From Candidatus Oleincola secundus (GTDB lineage: Bacteria; Atribacterota; Phoenicimicrobiia; Phoenicimicrobiales; Stramentimicrobiaceae), in assembly GCA_018400815.1 (NCBI GenBank), contig JAGYLS010000049.1, forward strand, positions 1 through 12,969: a stretch of DNA of 12,969 nucleotides, read 5' to 3'. The notes beneath the pieces were generated by a model, which had not been told where the DNA came from, did no database searches, and was given only the letters and a program-made list of their open reading frames with translations. The position numbers were made by a program, and so were the translations under genes. Shown here in pieces: positions 1 through 8,103 of the stretch. Positions within the stretch are counted from its first letter, which is position 1, and the number at the start of each line of letters is the position of its first letter.

Positions 1-13
1 AAGGAGGAAGATC

Positions 14-445
14 ATGAAGTTTGACATGGAGAAAGTACTACATCCATTTACACCGGATGAAGAAAAGAAAGAATGGGAAGGAAAGCAAGGATGGTTTAAT
101 GATAATATTATTTCTAGAGAAAGTATACAAAATATCATGCCTAAAAAACAAATGAATCTTACAGAAGATATAAACTTTCCATATAGATCAGAAACAGGGC
201 TTACTTTCCGCTATTTCTACCCAGTTCCTGAACCTGAACCTGAATATAGGTCATATACCGATGATGAAATGACAGAACTTGTAGGTAAAGTAGTAAAAAG
301 AAAAACAAACAGTAGCAGGGCTATAATCACTACTAGTTGGATGGGTGTTGTAACAATAGGTGGGACAGCGTTTGATGCTAAAGACTTATTAGAAACCTAT
401 GAATACCCCGACGGTTCTCCTTGTGGAGTGGAGATAACAGAATGA
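14..445 (+). CDS. hypothetical phage protein
   Basis: 143-aa ORF with strong SD (AAGGAGG at 1-7). Its stop overlaps the next start (ATGA). No recognisable motif; PEPEPE linker. Confidence 0.8.
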   Translation: MKFDMEKVLHPFTPDEEKKEWEGKQGWFNDNIISRESIQNIMPKKQMNLTEDINFPYRSETGLTFRYFYPVPEPEPEYRSYTDDEMTELVGKVVKRKTNSSRAIITTSWMGVVTIGGTAFDAKDLLETYEYPDGSPCGVEITE

Positions 446-867
446 AGGAATATTTATTTAAAGGTAAAACAATAAATAACCAGTGGGTACAGGGATTGCT
501 CTCTATCTCTCAAGGTTTTTCTGGTCAACCGGAAAAAGGTTATTATATATCTAATAGTGCTGGGATGCCTTGGGCTTATCAAGTTATTCCAAATTCAGTC
601 AGTTTATATTTATGGAAAAAAGATAGTGAAAATGACAGAATATTTGACGGAGATATATTAGCTTTTGCTACTAGACATAGTATATATGGAGTTGTTAAAT
701 TATGTGGGGATGAGATTAGATTTTATTGGGATGAAAAAACAGCAAAGACAAGAAAAGAAGAATATTTAGTTGGTATGCCTACAAATTTAGATATGTGGGA
801 AATTGTTGGTCATTCTTATGATAGACCAATATTATGGCATAAATATTTTTTCTGGGAGAACTTATGA
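442..867 (+). CDS. YopX-family phage protein
   Basis: Start revised to ATG 442 (ATGA coupling). MKEYLFKGK...WVQG, KDSENDRIFDGDIL and WEIVGH resemble the YopX pattern (FRGK..WVYG / KD.NG.EI.EGDI / EVIGN). Confidence 0.7.
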   Translation: MKEYLFKGKTINNQWVQGLLSISQGFSGQPEKGYYISNSAGMPWAYQVIPNSVSLYLWKKDSENDRIFDGDILAFATRHSIYGVVKLCGDEIRFYWDEKTAKTRKEEYLVGMPTNLDMWEIVGHSYDRPILWHKYFFWENL

Positions 868-1094
868 TTTCAGGGTATTTGTGTACAGTACCAGTTTATG
901 AATACAAAGGTTGGTCTTTTGAATTTCATAGTTATCTTGGTCCTTGGCCGCTTAAAAAAGATGGAAACCCTAGAAAATGTGCTGGTAAGAAATTTTGGGA
1001 TATATTTGATGAATTTGCAACCTTATCAAAAGAAGAACAAGAAACTTATTTAAAAATAAGTGGAGGATGTATAAAAATTGAGGAGAATAAATAA
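864..1094 (+). CDS. hypothetical phage protein
   Basis: 76-aa ORF, ATGA-coupled to the upstream gene and abutting the next gene. Confidence 0.7.
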   Translation: MISGYLCTVPVYEYKGWSFEFHSYLGPWPLKKDGNPRKCAGKKFWDIFDEFATLSKEEQETYLKISGGCIKIEENK

Positions 1095-1331
1095 ATGAAC
1101 AAAACTGATGAACTATTAAAATTAGTAGAAGAAATTAAGAAAAGAGAACAGCATAATATGGAAGTTAATGCAGAACTAAATGCATTAAAAAAACAAATGT
1201 CTGATAAGTATGGAGTTACTGATGTTGATGGTTTAGAGAAAGCAATTAAAGATCAACAGAAAATTCTAAAAACTTATGAGGAGAAAATGGATACTTTAGT
1301 CACTACCATTAGAAAAGAACTTGAGGAATAA
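1095..1331 (+). CDS. small coiled-coil protein, possibly a partner of the Rad50/SbcC-like half protein
   Basis: GAGGAG SD at about 1080-1085; K/E/L-rich heptad-like sequence. Confidence 0.7.
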   Translation: MNKTDELLKLVEEIKKREQHNMEVNAELNALKKQMSDKYGVTDVDGLEKAIKDQQKILKTYEEKMDTLVTTIRKELEE

Positions 1332-1332
1332 T

Positions 1333-1929
1333 ATGGAAATATATGAATTACTTGATAAATATAATTATGCTAAAGGTAAATATGACACCTATGTTGAACA
1401 GCAGAAGGATATAGAAGAGAAGTATATTGCTGCAAAGAACTTACGTAAAGTTATTCAGGATGTAAGTATAATTGTACAGCAGACTGCAAAGGAAACTCAG
1501 GAACAAATAAAACTACATATAAATGCTCTTGTAACTCAGGCTCTTCATACTGTATATCCTGAAGACCTTCATGATTTTGAACTGCAATTTGATTTGAAAA
1601 GAAATACTACAGTAATAGAGCCTTTACTTATATCAGATGGACATGAACTTGACCCCGAAGATAATAGCATTGGGATGTCTGAAGTAATTGCATTTGCTCT
1701 CAGACTTGCATTACTGACTATAGGAAAGAAGCCAAAGTTTGTATTGTTAGATGAACCATTTACTGCAGTAAGTACACATCACAATGTACTCATGAGTGAA
1801 TTTATTAAGCAGGTTTCAGAGGATATGGGAATACAGATATTATTAACTTCTCATGTAGAGGAGTTACATAATTATGCACATACAACATATAATATAGTAA
1901 AAGAAGGGACAAACAGCAACGTGTACTAA
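1333..1929 (+). CDS. Rad50/SbcC (T4 gp46-like) ABC-ATPase, C-terminal half
   Basis: Start revised to ATG 1333 (GAGGA SD at 1323-1327). Coiled coil, then a signature-like NSIG..VIAFALRLAL, Walker B/D-loop FVLLDEPF and H-loop LTSH. No Walker A. Confidence 0.8.
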   Translation: MEIYELLDKYNYAKGKYDTYVEQQKDIEEKYIAAKNLRKVIQDVSIIVQQTAKETQEQIKLHINALVTQALHTVYPEDLHDFELQFDLKRNTTVIEPLLISDGHELDPEDNSIGMSEVIAFALRLALLTIGKKPKFVLLDEPFTAVSTHHNVLMSEFIKQVSEDMGIQILLTSHVEELHNYAHTTYNIVKEGTNSNVY

Positions 1930-1940
1930 AAGGGGGCTAT

Positions 1941-2618
1941 ATGTACTTGACGATTGAACAAGCTTCTAAACTATTAAATAAACATCCAAAAACATTATAC
2001 AGATATCATGCAGTATATAAAATTGGAACTACTGCTCAAACAGAACATGGGGAAAGATTAATATTTGAAGAAGAGGATATACAATTCATAAAAGAAATGC
2101 TTGCAGATACTAATGTACTTGCAAGTAGTAAAGATGCTGAAAAAATTATTGATTTTATTAAAGCTTATCCTGGTCAGACTATGAACACTATACAAAAAGT
2201 ATGTAATTTAGATAGAAATAAAACTATGAGAATTATTGTAGCTCTTACTCATGCTTATCCTGAATTATGTTCAGATATTGATGATAAATTTTATTGGTTA
2301 CAGGAAGGCATAGATATTGTAGAGGAGAAAAATCCCGATATACGCTATGTCTTTAAAAGCTCTTTTACTGATAATGTTATTCTCTGGGCTACTAGAGCAA
2401 CTGATAAGGACCCGAATCAGAAAGGGTATACTTGGACGGACACAAATTTATATAGAGGTGTTGATAGAAGAGGAAGATATATTTTTGATCAGGATTATCT
2501 TCTTTATTGGAATACAATTCTTTTAGTCAATGAAGATATAGATGAGACGGTATTTCCTGATAGCGATATAATAGGAAATACCTATCTTGGCATAAGGAGC
2601 AGCTATGGAAGGGGTTAA
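1941..2618 (+). CDS. putative DNA-binding protein with N-terminal MerR/excisionase-like HTH
   Basis: MYLTIEQASKLLNKHPKTLYRY...GERLIFEEEDI fits the MerR/HTH_17 pattern. A second winged-helix-like segment follows (IIDFIKAYPGQTMNTIQKVCNLDR). Confidence 0.6.
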   Translation: MYLTIEQASKLLNKHPKTLYRYHAVYKIGTTAQTEHGERLIFEEEDIQFIKEMLADTNVLASSKDAEKIIDFIKAYPGQTMNTIQKVCNLDRNKTMRIIVALTHAYPELCSDIDDKFYWLQEGIDIVEEKNPDIRYVFKSSFTDNVILWATRATDKDPNQKGYTWTDTNLYRGVDRRGRYIFDQDYLLYWNTILLVNEDIDETVFPDSDIIGNTYLGIRSSYGRG

Positions 2619-3009
2619 AGAAACAGGAGATAAATTACGGTGGAGTTTAATACCTTGGGAAGCAATGGAAGGTACTGTACGAGTATTAATGATGGGAGCA
2701 ATAAAAAAATATGCCCCTAATAATTGGAAATATGTAAAACCTCAAGGAGTGTACCTAGATGCTATACAAAGGCATTTAGTAGCAATTATGAAGGGAGAAG
2801 AGTTTGACAAAGATGATAATGAAAGTCATATGTCCCATCTTATCTGTGATGCATTATTTTATGAATATGCTAGAATATATAGAGACAAAGAGATTGATTT
2901 TATTACTTGGTTGGAAGAACTTATTACCTACCCTGATTATACAAAAGCAGTAGACAAAACTAAATTAAATGGAGCTACAGTTTATAAAGGAGATGATAAT
3001 GACGTTTGA
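2605..3009 (+). CDS. dATP/dGTP diphosphohydrolase (DUF5664 family)
   Basis: GVKETGDKLRWSLIP, VLMMGAIKKYAPNNWK, YLDAIQRHL, GEEFD...ESHMSHL match the DUF5664 pattern GxK.D..K.RxxL.P / GA.KY...NW / A..RH / GE..D.ESG..HL.H. Confidence 0.8.
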   Translation: MEGVKETGDKLRWSLIPWEAMEGTVRVLMMGAIKKYAPNNWKYVKPQGVYLDAIQRHLVAIMKGEEFDKDDNESHMSHLICDALFYEYARIYRDKEIDFITWLEELITYPDYTKAVDKTKLNGATVYKGDDNDV

Positions 3010-3508
3010 TGAATATCAGAAGAAAGCACAGGAAACAGATATACGACCAAAAGAAATTAAAATGATCTGTAATGGGTTTGGGCTTATTGGAGAACTAGAT
3101 GAATTAGAAGAGATTCAAAAATATGATTCCCATTATGCATTGGGATTAAGTTATGAAGATGATGATATTATAAAAGAAGTTGGAGATGTATGTTGGTATA
3201 TTGCAAGTATATGTACTGAATTAAACATATCTTTAGACTATGCTATTGAAGTGTATAACGAAAATGAAAGTAAAGGTTTTGAAGTATCTGATATGAATAT
3301 GGCTGAAATATTTAAAAAAGTGTATAGAGATAATGATGGAAAATTTACTGGTGAATATAAATATAAAATTATCTTTTATATTGGTTATTTACTTCAATTA
3401 TATTTGGATCAGTTTTGTGATATACGAATAGCAATGAAACAGAATATAAAAAAATTACAAAGTAGAAAAAAGAGAGGAAAAATAAAAGGCTCAGGAAATA
3501 ACAGATAA
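2999..3508 (+). CDS. mazG: MazG-like nucleoside triphosphate pyrophosphohydrolase
   Basis: Start revised to ATG 2999 (AAGGAG at 2987-2992). MTFDEYQKKA, GLIGE, KEVGDVCWY and a C-terminal NIKKLQSRKKRGKIKGSGNNR typical of phage MazG-like proteins. Confidence 0.8.
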   Translation: MTFDEYQKKAQETDIRPKEIKMICNGFGLIGELDELEEIQKYDSHYALGLSYEDDDIIKEVGDVCWYIASICTELNISLDYAIEVYNENESKGFEVSDMNMAEIFKKVYRDNDGKFTGEYKYKIIFYIGYLLQLYLDQFCDIRIAMKQNIKKLQSRKKRGKIKGSGNNR

Positions 3509-3535
3509 AAGGGAATTTATATTCCCTTATTTTTT
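3509..3535 (+). terminator. intrinsic (Rho-independent) terminator
   Basis: Perfect 8-bp stem AAGGGAAT-(TTAT)-ATTCCCTT followed by ATTTTTT, immediately after the mazG-like stop. Confidence 0.75.
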
Positions 3536-3552
3536 ACTTTAAAGGAGTAGCT

Positions 3553-3915
3553 ATGCGAATATTATCTGTGTTTGGAGGAAGAGATAAATCACTAACTACA
3601 AGGGGGTTAAAAGCAATAGATACTATATTGAATGAAGAAGAAATAGATGTTATATTACATGGAGATACTAAAGGTATTGCAAGAAATATTGATAATGTAG
3701 CATTTCCTTCAGTTCAGATTGGTAAATTTCCTATAAATTATCAAGTTGGATTTGATAAAAGGGGGGCTAAAAAAAGAAACAAAGTATTATTAGGTTTATC
3801 CCAAGTTATTGCTTTATTTCCTGGGGGACATAATACTGAGAGTGTTAGAAAAGAAGCAGAAAAAAGAGAAGTGATAATTTATGACTTTACAAAAGAACAA
3901 AAATATGTATACTAA
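3553..3915 (+). CDS. SLOG superfamily protein (DUF2493/YspA-like)
   Basis: LSVFGGRD, ILHGDTKG, KKRNKVL and IALFPGGHNT match the DUF2493 pattern V.GGR / I.HG.A.GAD / RN..M / AFPGG.GT. Confidence 0.7.
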   Translation: MRILSVFGGRDKSLTTRGLKAIDTILNEEEIDVILHGDTKGIARNIDNVAFPSVQIGKFPINYQVGFDKRGAKKRNKVLLGLSQVIALFPGGHNTESVRKEAEKREVIIYDFTKEQKYVY

Positions 3916-3929
3916 AGGAGAAAGAGTGA

Positions 3930-4713
3930 ATGGACTTTAGACAAAAGATAAGTAAAGAAATTTGCGAAAGTAAATATTTTTTACATAATGAAAGTTCTTT
4001 AGAAAACCTTCTATGGGATGTTGCAACAGAAGTGGCTTCAAAAGAGAATGCTAAAGAACATTGGAGGGATGAATTTTATTTTTCTATGAAAGATGGAGAA
4101 TTTATTCCTGGAGGAAGAATTTTAGCTAATGCTAGGCCACACAGTAAAATGAAAAATTATAATAATTGTTTTACTATAGATGTTGAAGATAGTATGGATG
4201 GCATTACTACAGCTATAAAAGAATATATGACAATACAATCTATAGGAGGGGGTGTAGGATTTAATATTTCTAAACTAAGACCAAAAAATGCTAAGATAAG
4301 CAAGGGAGGTGAAAGTAGTGGACCTTTAAGTTTTTTAGAGATTTTTGACTCTGCATCAAAAACAATTAAAGTAGGAGGCTCCCGAAGGGCAGCTAGTATA
4401 GCAATATTAAATATTGATCATCCTGACATAGAAGAGTTTATTATTTTTAAACAGGGGGATACGAATAAAAAACTTACTCAATTTAATATTAGTGTAGGTA
4501 TTACTGATGCTTTTATTGATGCTGTAAATAATGATAAAGATTGGGAGTTAGTTTTTGAAGGTAAAATATATAAAACAATAAAAGCTAAAGAACTTTATAA
4601 TACTTTACTTAAACAAGCCTGGTGGTATAATGAACCAGGGGTTTTATTTTTAGATACTATAGAAGAAAATAATAATGGCCATCATGCATTCCAAGTAGAT
4701 AGATGTAATCCAT
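3930..4713 (+). CDS. nrdJ: class II (adenosylcobalamin-dependent) ribonucleotide reductase, exon 1
   Basis: FIPGGRILANA, NCF, GGGVGFNISKLRP, SSGPLSF, RRAA, HPDIEEFI, FNISV, NEPGVLF. Ends at ..DRCNP plus the first base (T4713) of the catalytic Cys codon. Confidence 0.93.
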
Positions 4714-4960
4714 AAAACCATGTGGACTTCTATGGCAACATAGAATGAATAAATTGGGTGAAATCAGGGGAACTCTCAAAGAGACAATCCTGAGCCAAGT
4801 TGTATAGGGATATACAAAAGGTGCAACGACTAATAGTATACCATTAGAACAGTGATGAAACTGACACGAGCGCCCAACATCTTTATGAGATGATGATATA
4901 GTCTGAACTATATGGTGACATATAGAACTATAAGTTAAATGCTTATAGGGTAACAATTAG
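4714..4960 (+). ncRNA. group I self-splicing intron (IA2-like), no homing endonuclease ORF
   Basis: Removing 4714-4960 restores AAT CCA T|GT GGT GAA = NPCGE. The exon ends in U and the intron ends in G. P1: exon UCCAU/GUGGA 4722-4726 with U.G at the splice site. P10: ACCAU 4717-4721/exon 2 GUGGU. P2: 4728-4745 (GCAA loop). P3: 4754-4760/4871-4877. P4: UCAGG/CCUGA. P6a: 4800-4817 (GGGA loop). P7: GACUA 4828-4832/UAGUC 4899-4903. P8: 4878-4892. P9: 4908-4925 (GUGA loop). Extra 3' stem at 4928-4948. Confidence 0.95.
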
Positions 4961-6375
4961 GTGGTGAAATCATTATGCCAGCATATTCTCTTTGCTGTTT
5001 ATCTAATATAAACTTATCAAAATTAGTAAAGAATAAATTTCAAGATGTTGCGGAATTTGATTGGGAACGATTTAAATATCTTATACATGTGGGGGTTCGA
5101 TTTTTAGATAATGTATTAGATGTTACGGAGTATCCTATAGATAAAATAGAAGAATTATCTACACAATGGAGACGTATTGGTTTAGGTATTACAGGTTTAG
5201 CAGATATGTTTATTATGTTAAAATTAAAGTATGGTTCTAAAGAAAGTGTAGATTTTACAGACCATCTTGCAAAAATATTAGCGCATGAAAGTTATTCTGC
5301 TTCAGTACTGCTTGCACAGGAAAAAGGAAGTTTTCCTGCATTTGATAAAAATATTGGTAATTATGGGTTTATAAAAAAATTAGATAGAGACCTACAAAAA
5401 AGTATACAAGAAAAAGGGTTAAGAAATATTGGATTAAATTCTATTCCTCCCACAGGAACTACAAGTTTAACTTTAGGTAATAATTGCTCTTCCGGTATAG
5501 AACCTATATTTAGTTTAGAATATACAAGAAATATTACTCAAAAAGATGGTTCAAGGAAACCAGAAAAAGTTTATGATAATGGTTGGTTAGAATATAAAGA
5601 TTTACACAGTGAAGAAAAAGCCCCAGAATATATTATAACAGCACATCAAATTCCAATAAAAGAATCTATAGATGTGCAGGCAGCTTTTCAAAAATGGATA
5701 GATCACAGTATAAGTAAGACAATAAACCTTCCTTTTGAGACTACACTAGAAGAGTATAAAGATATATTTATGTATTCTTATAAAAAAGGATTAAAAGGAA
5801 TAACTTCTTTTCATGAAGGTGCAAGTATGGAAGGAATTTTATCTACTCAAAAAAAAGATAAAGAGAGGCTTGCACCTAAAAGACCAAAAGAATTACCTTG
5901 TGATATTTATGAAATGTCTGTAAATAAACAAAAATGTATTGCATTAGTAGGTATATATAATAATAAACCTTATGAAGTATTTTTAACAGATGACCCTGAT
6001 GATATTATTAACATTAAAAAATCAAAGCAGGGGAAAATAATTAAGGAAAAAACAAGTGTATATACTTTAAAAATTGCAGGTAAAAGAAGTGATTATATTC
6101 TTAAAGATATTACTTCTGTATTTGATAATGAATGGGCTACACTAGGTAGATTGGTTTCTATGAGTCTTCGCCATGATGTTCCTCTGCAATTTATTGTAGA
6201 TCAATTAAATAAATCAAAACGCTTCGGAACATTTAGTAAAGGTATGGCTAGAGTTTTAAAAAAGTACATAGAGGAAAAGCAGTTAGAAGAAAAATGCCCT
6301 GAATGTGGCGAACTTTTAAAATATGAGGGTGGATGCTCTTCTTGTCCTTCATGTGGGTACAGCAAATGTGATTAA
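4961..6375 (+). CDS. nrdJ: class II ribonucleotide reductase, exon 2 (spliced product 732 aa)
   Basis: (C)GEIIMPAYSLCCLSNINL, RRIGLGITGLAD, PPTGTTS, SSGIEP, QKWIDHSISKTINLP, GLKGIT. NrdJ-type C-terminal extension (RPKELPCDI..PYEVF) and Cys-rich tail CPECG..CSSCPSCGYSKC. No beta (nrdB/F) subunit in the window. Confidence 0.93.
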
Positions 6376-6385
6376 GGAGTTTATT

Positions 6386-6943
6386 ATGAATAATGTTTAC
6401 TTTTCGAGTGATCTGCATTTAGGGCATAAAAATATAATCCCTATTGCTGATAGGCCATTTAAAAATATTGAACATATGAATGAAACTTTGACTGAAAATA
6501 TGTTTAATATTCCTGCAGGCAGTCACCTTTATTTACTAGGAGATTTAGCTTGGAATCAGCAGCATTTACAAACATTTTTATTACAGAAACCTAAAGGAAT
6601 AAAAATTCATTGGATACTTGGTAACCATGATAAGCGATGTAATAAAGAAGGATTACGTAAATATTTTGAAACTGTATCAAATTTAAAAGTAATTAAGGTT
6701 GATGGCATTGAGATTACTCTTTGCCATTATCCTATGCTTGTATGGCATAGAAGTTATACAAAAGAGTCTTGGCAGTTATTTGGACATATACATAAGAATA
6801 CCCTTGATATTCCGGTTATGGGGAAAACTGCAAATGTTAATTGTGAATTTTGGGATTATAAACCAATATCATTTGAACAATTACAGGAGTATATGAAAAA
6901 TAGACCAGAAAATTATGAACAAAGGATGTTGTTTGATGAATAA
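6386..6943 (+). CDS. calcineurin-like metallophosphoesterase
   Basis: Start revised to ATG 6386 (AAGGAG SD). Complete motif set SDLH, LGD, GNHD, CHYP, GHIH. Confidence 0.9.
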   Translation: MNNVYFSSDLHLGHKNIIPIADRPFKNIEHMNETLTENMFNIPAGSHLYLLGDLAWNQQHLQTFLLQKPKGIKIHWILGNHDKRCNKEGLRKYFETVSNLKVIKVDGIEITLCHYPMLVWHRSYTKESWQLFGHIHKNTLDIPVMGKTANVNCEFWDYKPISFEQLQEYMKNRPENYEQRMLFDE

Positions 6944-7328
6944 AGAAATAAAAGAAAGAGTAGAACATTATTTAACTATATTTGATACCCATACAGATTA
7001 TATTTATTTAAGTGGTCCTATTAATGGAAATCCTGATTATGTAGAGGATTTTAATAAGGCAGAAAAGTTATTGCGTATGGCAGGATACGAGAATATTGTT
7101 AACCCTGTAGAATTTAACACTTTAACAGAAGATAGAGTAAACTCTCCACAACACAGTGATTACATGTATGATGATTTTACACTTATGTTTTTCTTCAGGT
7201 GTAAAAAAATAGCTGTGGTAACAACAGATTATGATAGTTATGGAATGTATATGGAAACTATTGTGGGTAAATTTTGTGGTATGGAAGTAAAATCAGTAGG
7301 AGCATGGATACATGAGAATATCAAATAA
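6936..7328 (+). CDS. DUF4406-like protein (nucleoside 2-deoxyribosyltransferase-like fold)
   Basis: YIYLSGPINGNPDYVEDFNKAEKLLRMAGY..VNP and a late S.G...E motif fit DUF4406. Start could be 6915 or 6936. Confidence 0.7.
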   Translation: MNKEIKERVEHYLTIFDTHTDYIYLSGPINGNPDYVEDFNKAEKLLRMAGYENIVNPVEFNTLTEDRVNSPQHSDYMYDDFTLMFFFRCKKIAVVTTDYDSYGMYMETIVGKFCGMEVKSVGAWIHENIK

Positions 7329-8103
7329 AAAAGTATATATCACTGCTGATCTAGTAGGTGAAGAAGGAATAGAAAAATTAAAAACTATAGAAGATAATCC
7401 CCCAACAACATTATTAGTTGCTGGGGATTCTAAATTAGTTTTTGGGCATAATAAAACTATGGAACATGAGGAAAGATTATTATTAGATTATCTTGACACC
7501 CAACCTTATAAAGTATTAGCTTGTGATGGTATATATACAAATTATACAAGACTATATAGCGGGAGAATAAAATATGGTGGGTTTATTCTTTACAGTGGTA
7601 TCTATGGAGAAGCATATAAAATAGCAGAAAGAACTTATATTGTGCCTAGAGGTAATATGCTTGCTGTTCATGGGTTTCGTACATTATTCTTTGGTGGTGG
7701 ATTTTCTTATAATAAAAATATTATTCCTAATCAAAATTATTGGCCTCAAGAATTGCCGAATGAACAGGATATGCAGATTGCTTATGATGTAGTGGAGAAA
7801 AGAAATAATGATATTGATATTGTTATTTCCTCTATGCCTCCTCCAACATATGATGATGCTTTTGGAAGGGATAATGGATATGAACCTTATCCTGAAGAAA
7901 TAGAATTAGATAGATTCTTTTATAAATTACAGAGAAAAACAGGCTATCATCTATGGGTAGCGGGGCATTGCGGCAAAGATAAAAAATTTTCAAATAGACA
8001 TATAATTGCACATAATAAAATATATGAAATAAAAAGAACAAAATATAAAAGACAAGTAAGAGCAAATGTTATTAAAAGTGTAGATGAAGTAGGAGGAATT
8101 TAA
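7312..8103 (+). CDS. divergent metallophosphoesterase-like protein
   Basis: VYITADLVG, VAGD, DGIYTNY, FFGGGFS, WPQELP, DIVISS.PP and W..GH follow the layout of a phage metallophosphoesterase family, but several metal ligands are altered. Confidence 0.7.
   Translation: MRISNKKVYITADLVGEEGIEKLKTIEDNPPTTLLVAGDSKLVFGHNKTMEHEERLLLDYLDTQPYKVLACDGIYTNYTRLYSGRIKYGGFILYSGIYGEAYKIAERTYIVPRGNMLAVHGFRTLFFGGGFSYNKNIIPNQNYWPQELPNEQDMQIAYDVVEKRNNDIDIVISSMPPPTYDDAFGRDNGYEPYPEEIELDRFFYKLQRKTGYHLWVAGHCGKDKKFSNRHIIAHNKIYEIKRTKYKRQVRANVIKSVDEVGGI

Noticed and set aside
227..244. (CCTGAA)x3 tandem repeat
   Set aside because: Encodes a PEPEPE linker in frame; too short to suggest a contingency locus or array.
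4657..4956. 99-aa minus-strand ORF across the nrdJ gap, considered as a homing endonuclease
   Set aside because: It is antisense to the intron core, has no HNH/GIY-YIG/LAGLIDADG motif, and the sequence is fully explained by the RNA structure.
3930..6375. Natural two-gene split (NrdJa/NrdJb) or intein
   Set aside because: The break falls inside the catalytic NPC codon rather than before the C-terminal domain. The insert has an immediate stop and is not a multiple of 3 (247 nt), so it is not an intein.
6699..6896. 65-aa alternative-frame ORF
   Set aside because: Nested inside the metallophosphoesterase gene, with no SD and no motif.
7832..8065. 77-aa minus-strand ORF
   Set aside because: Antisense shadow of an A-rich coding gene, with F/L/I/Y-biased composition.
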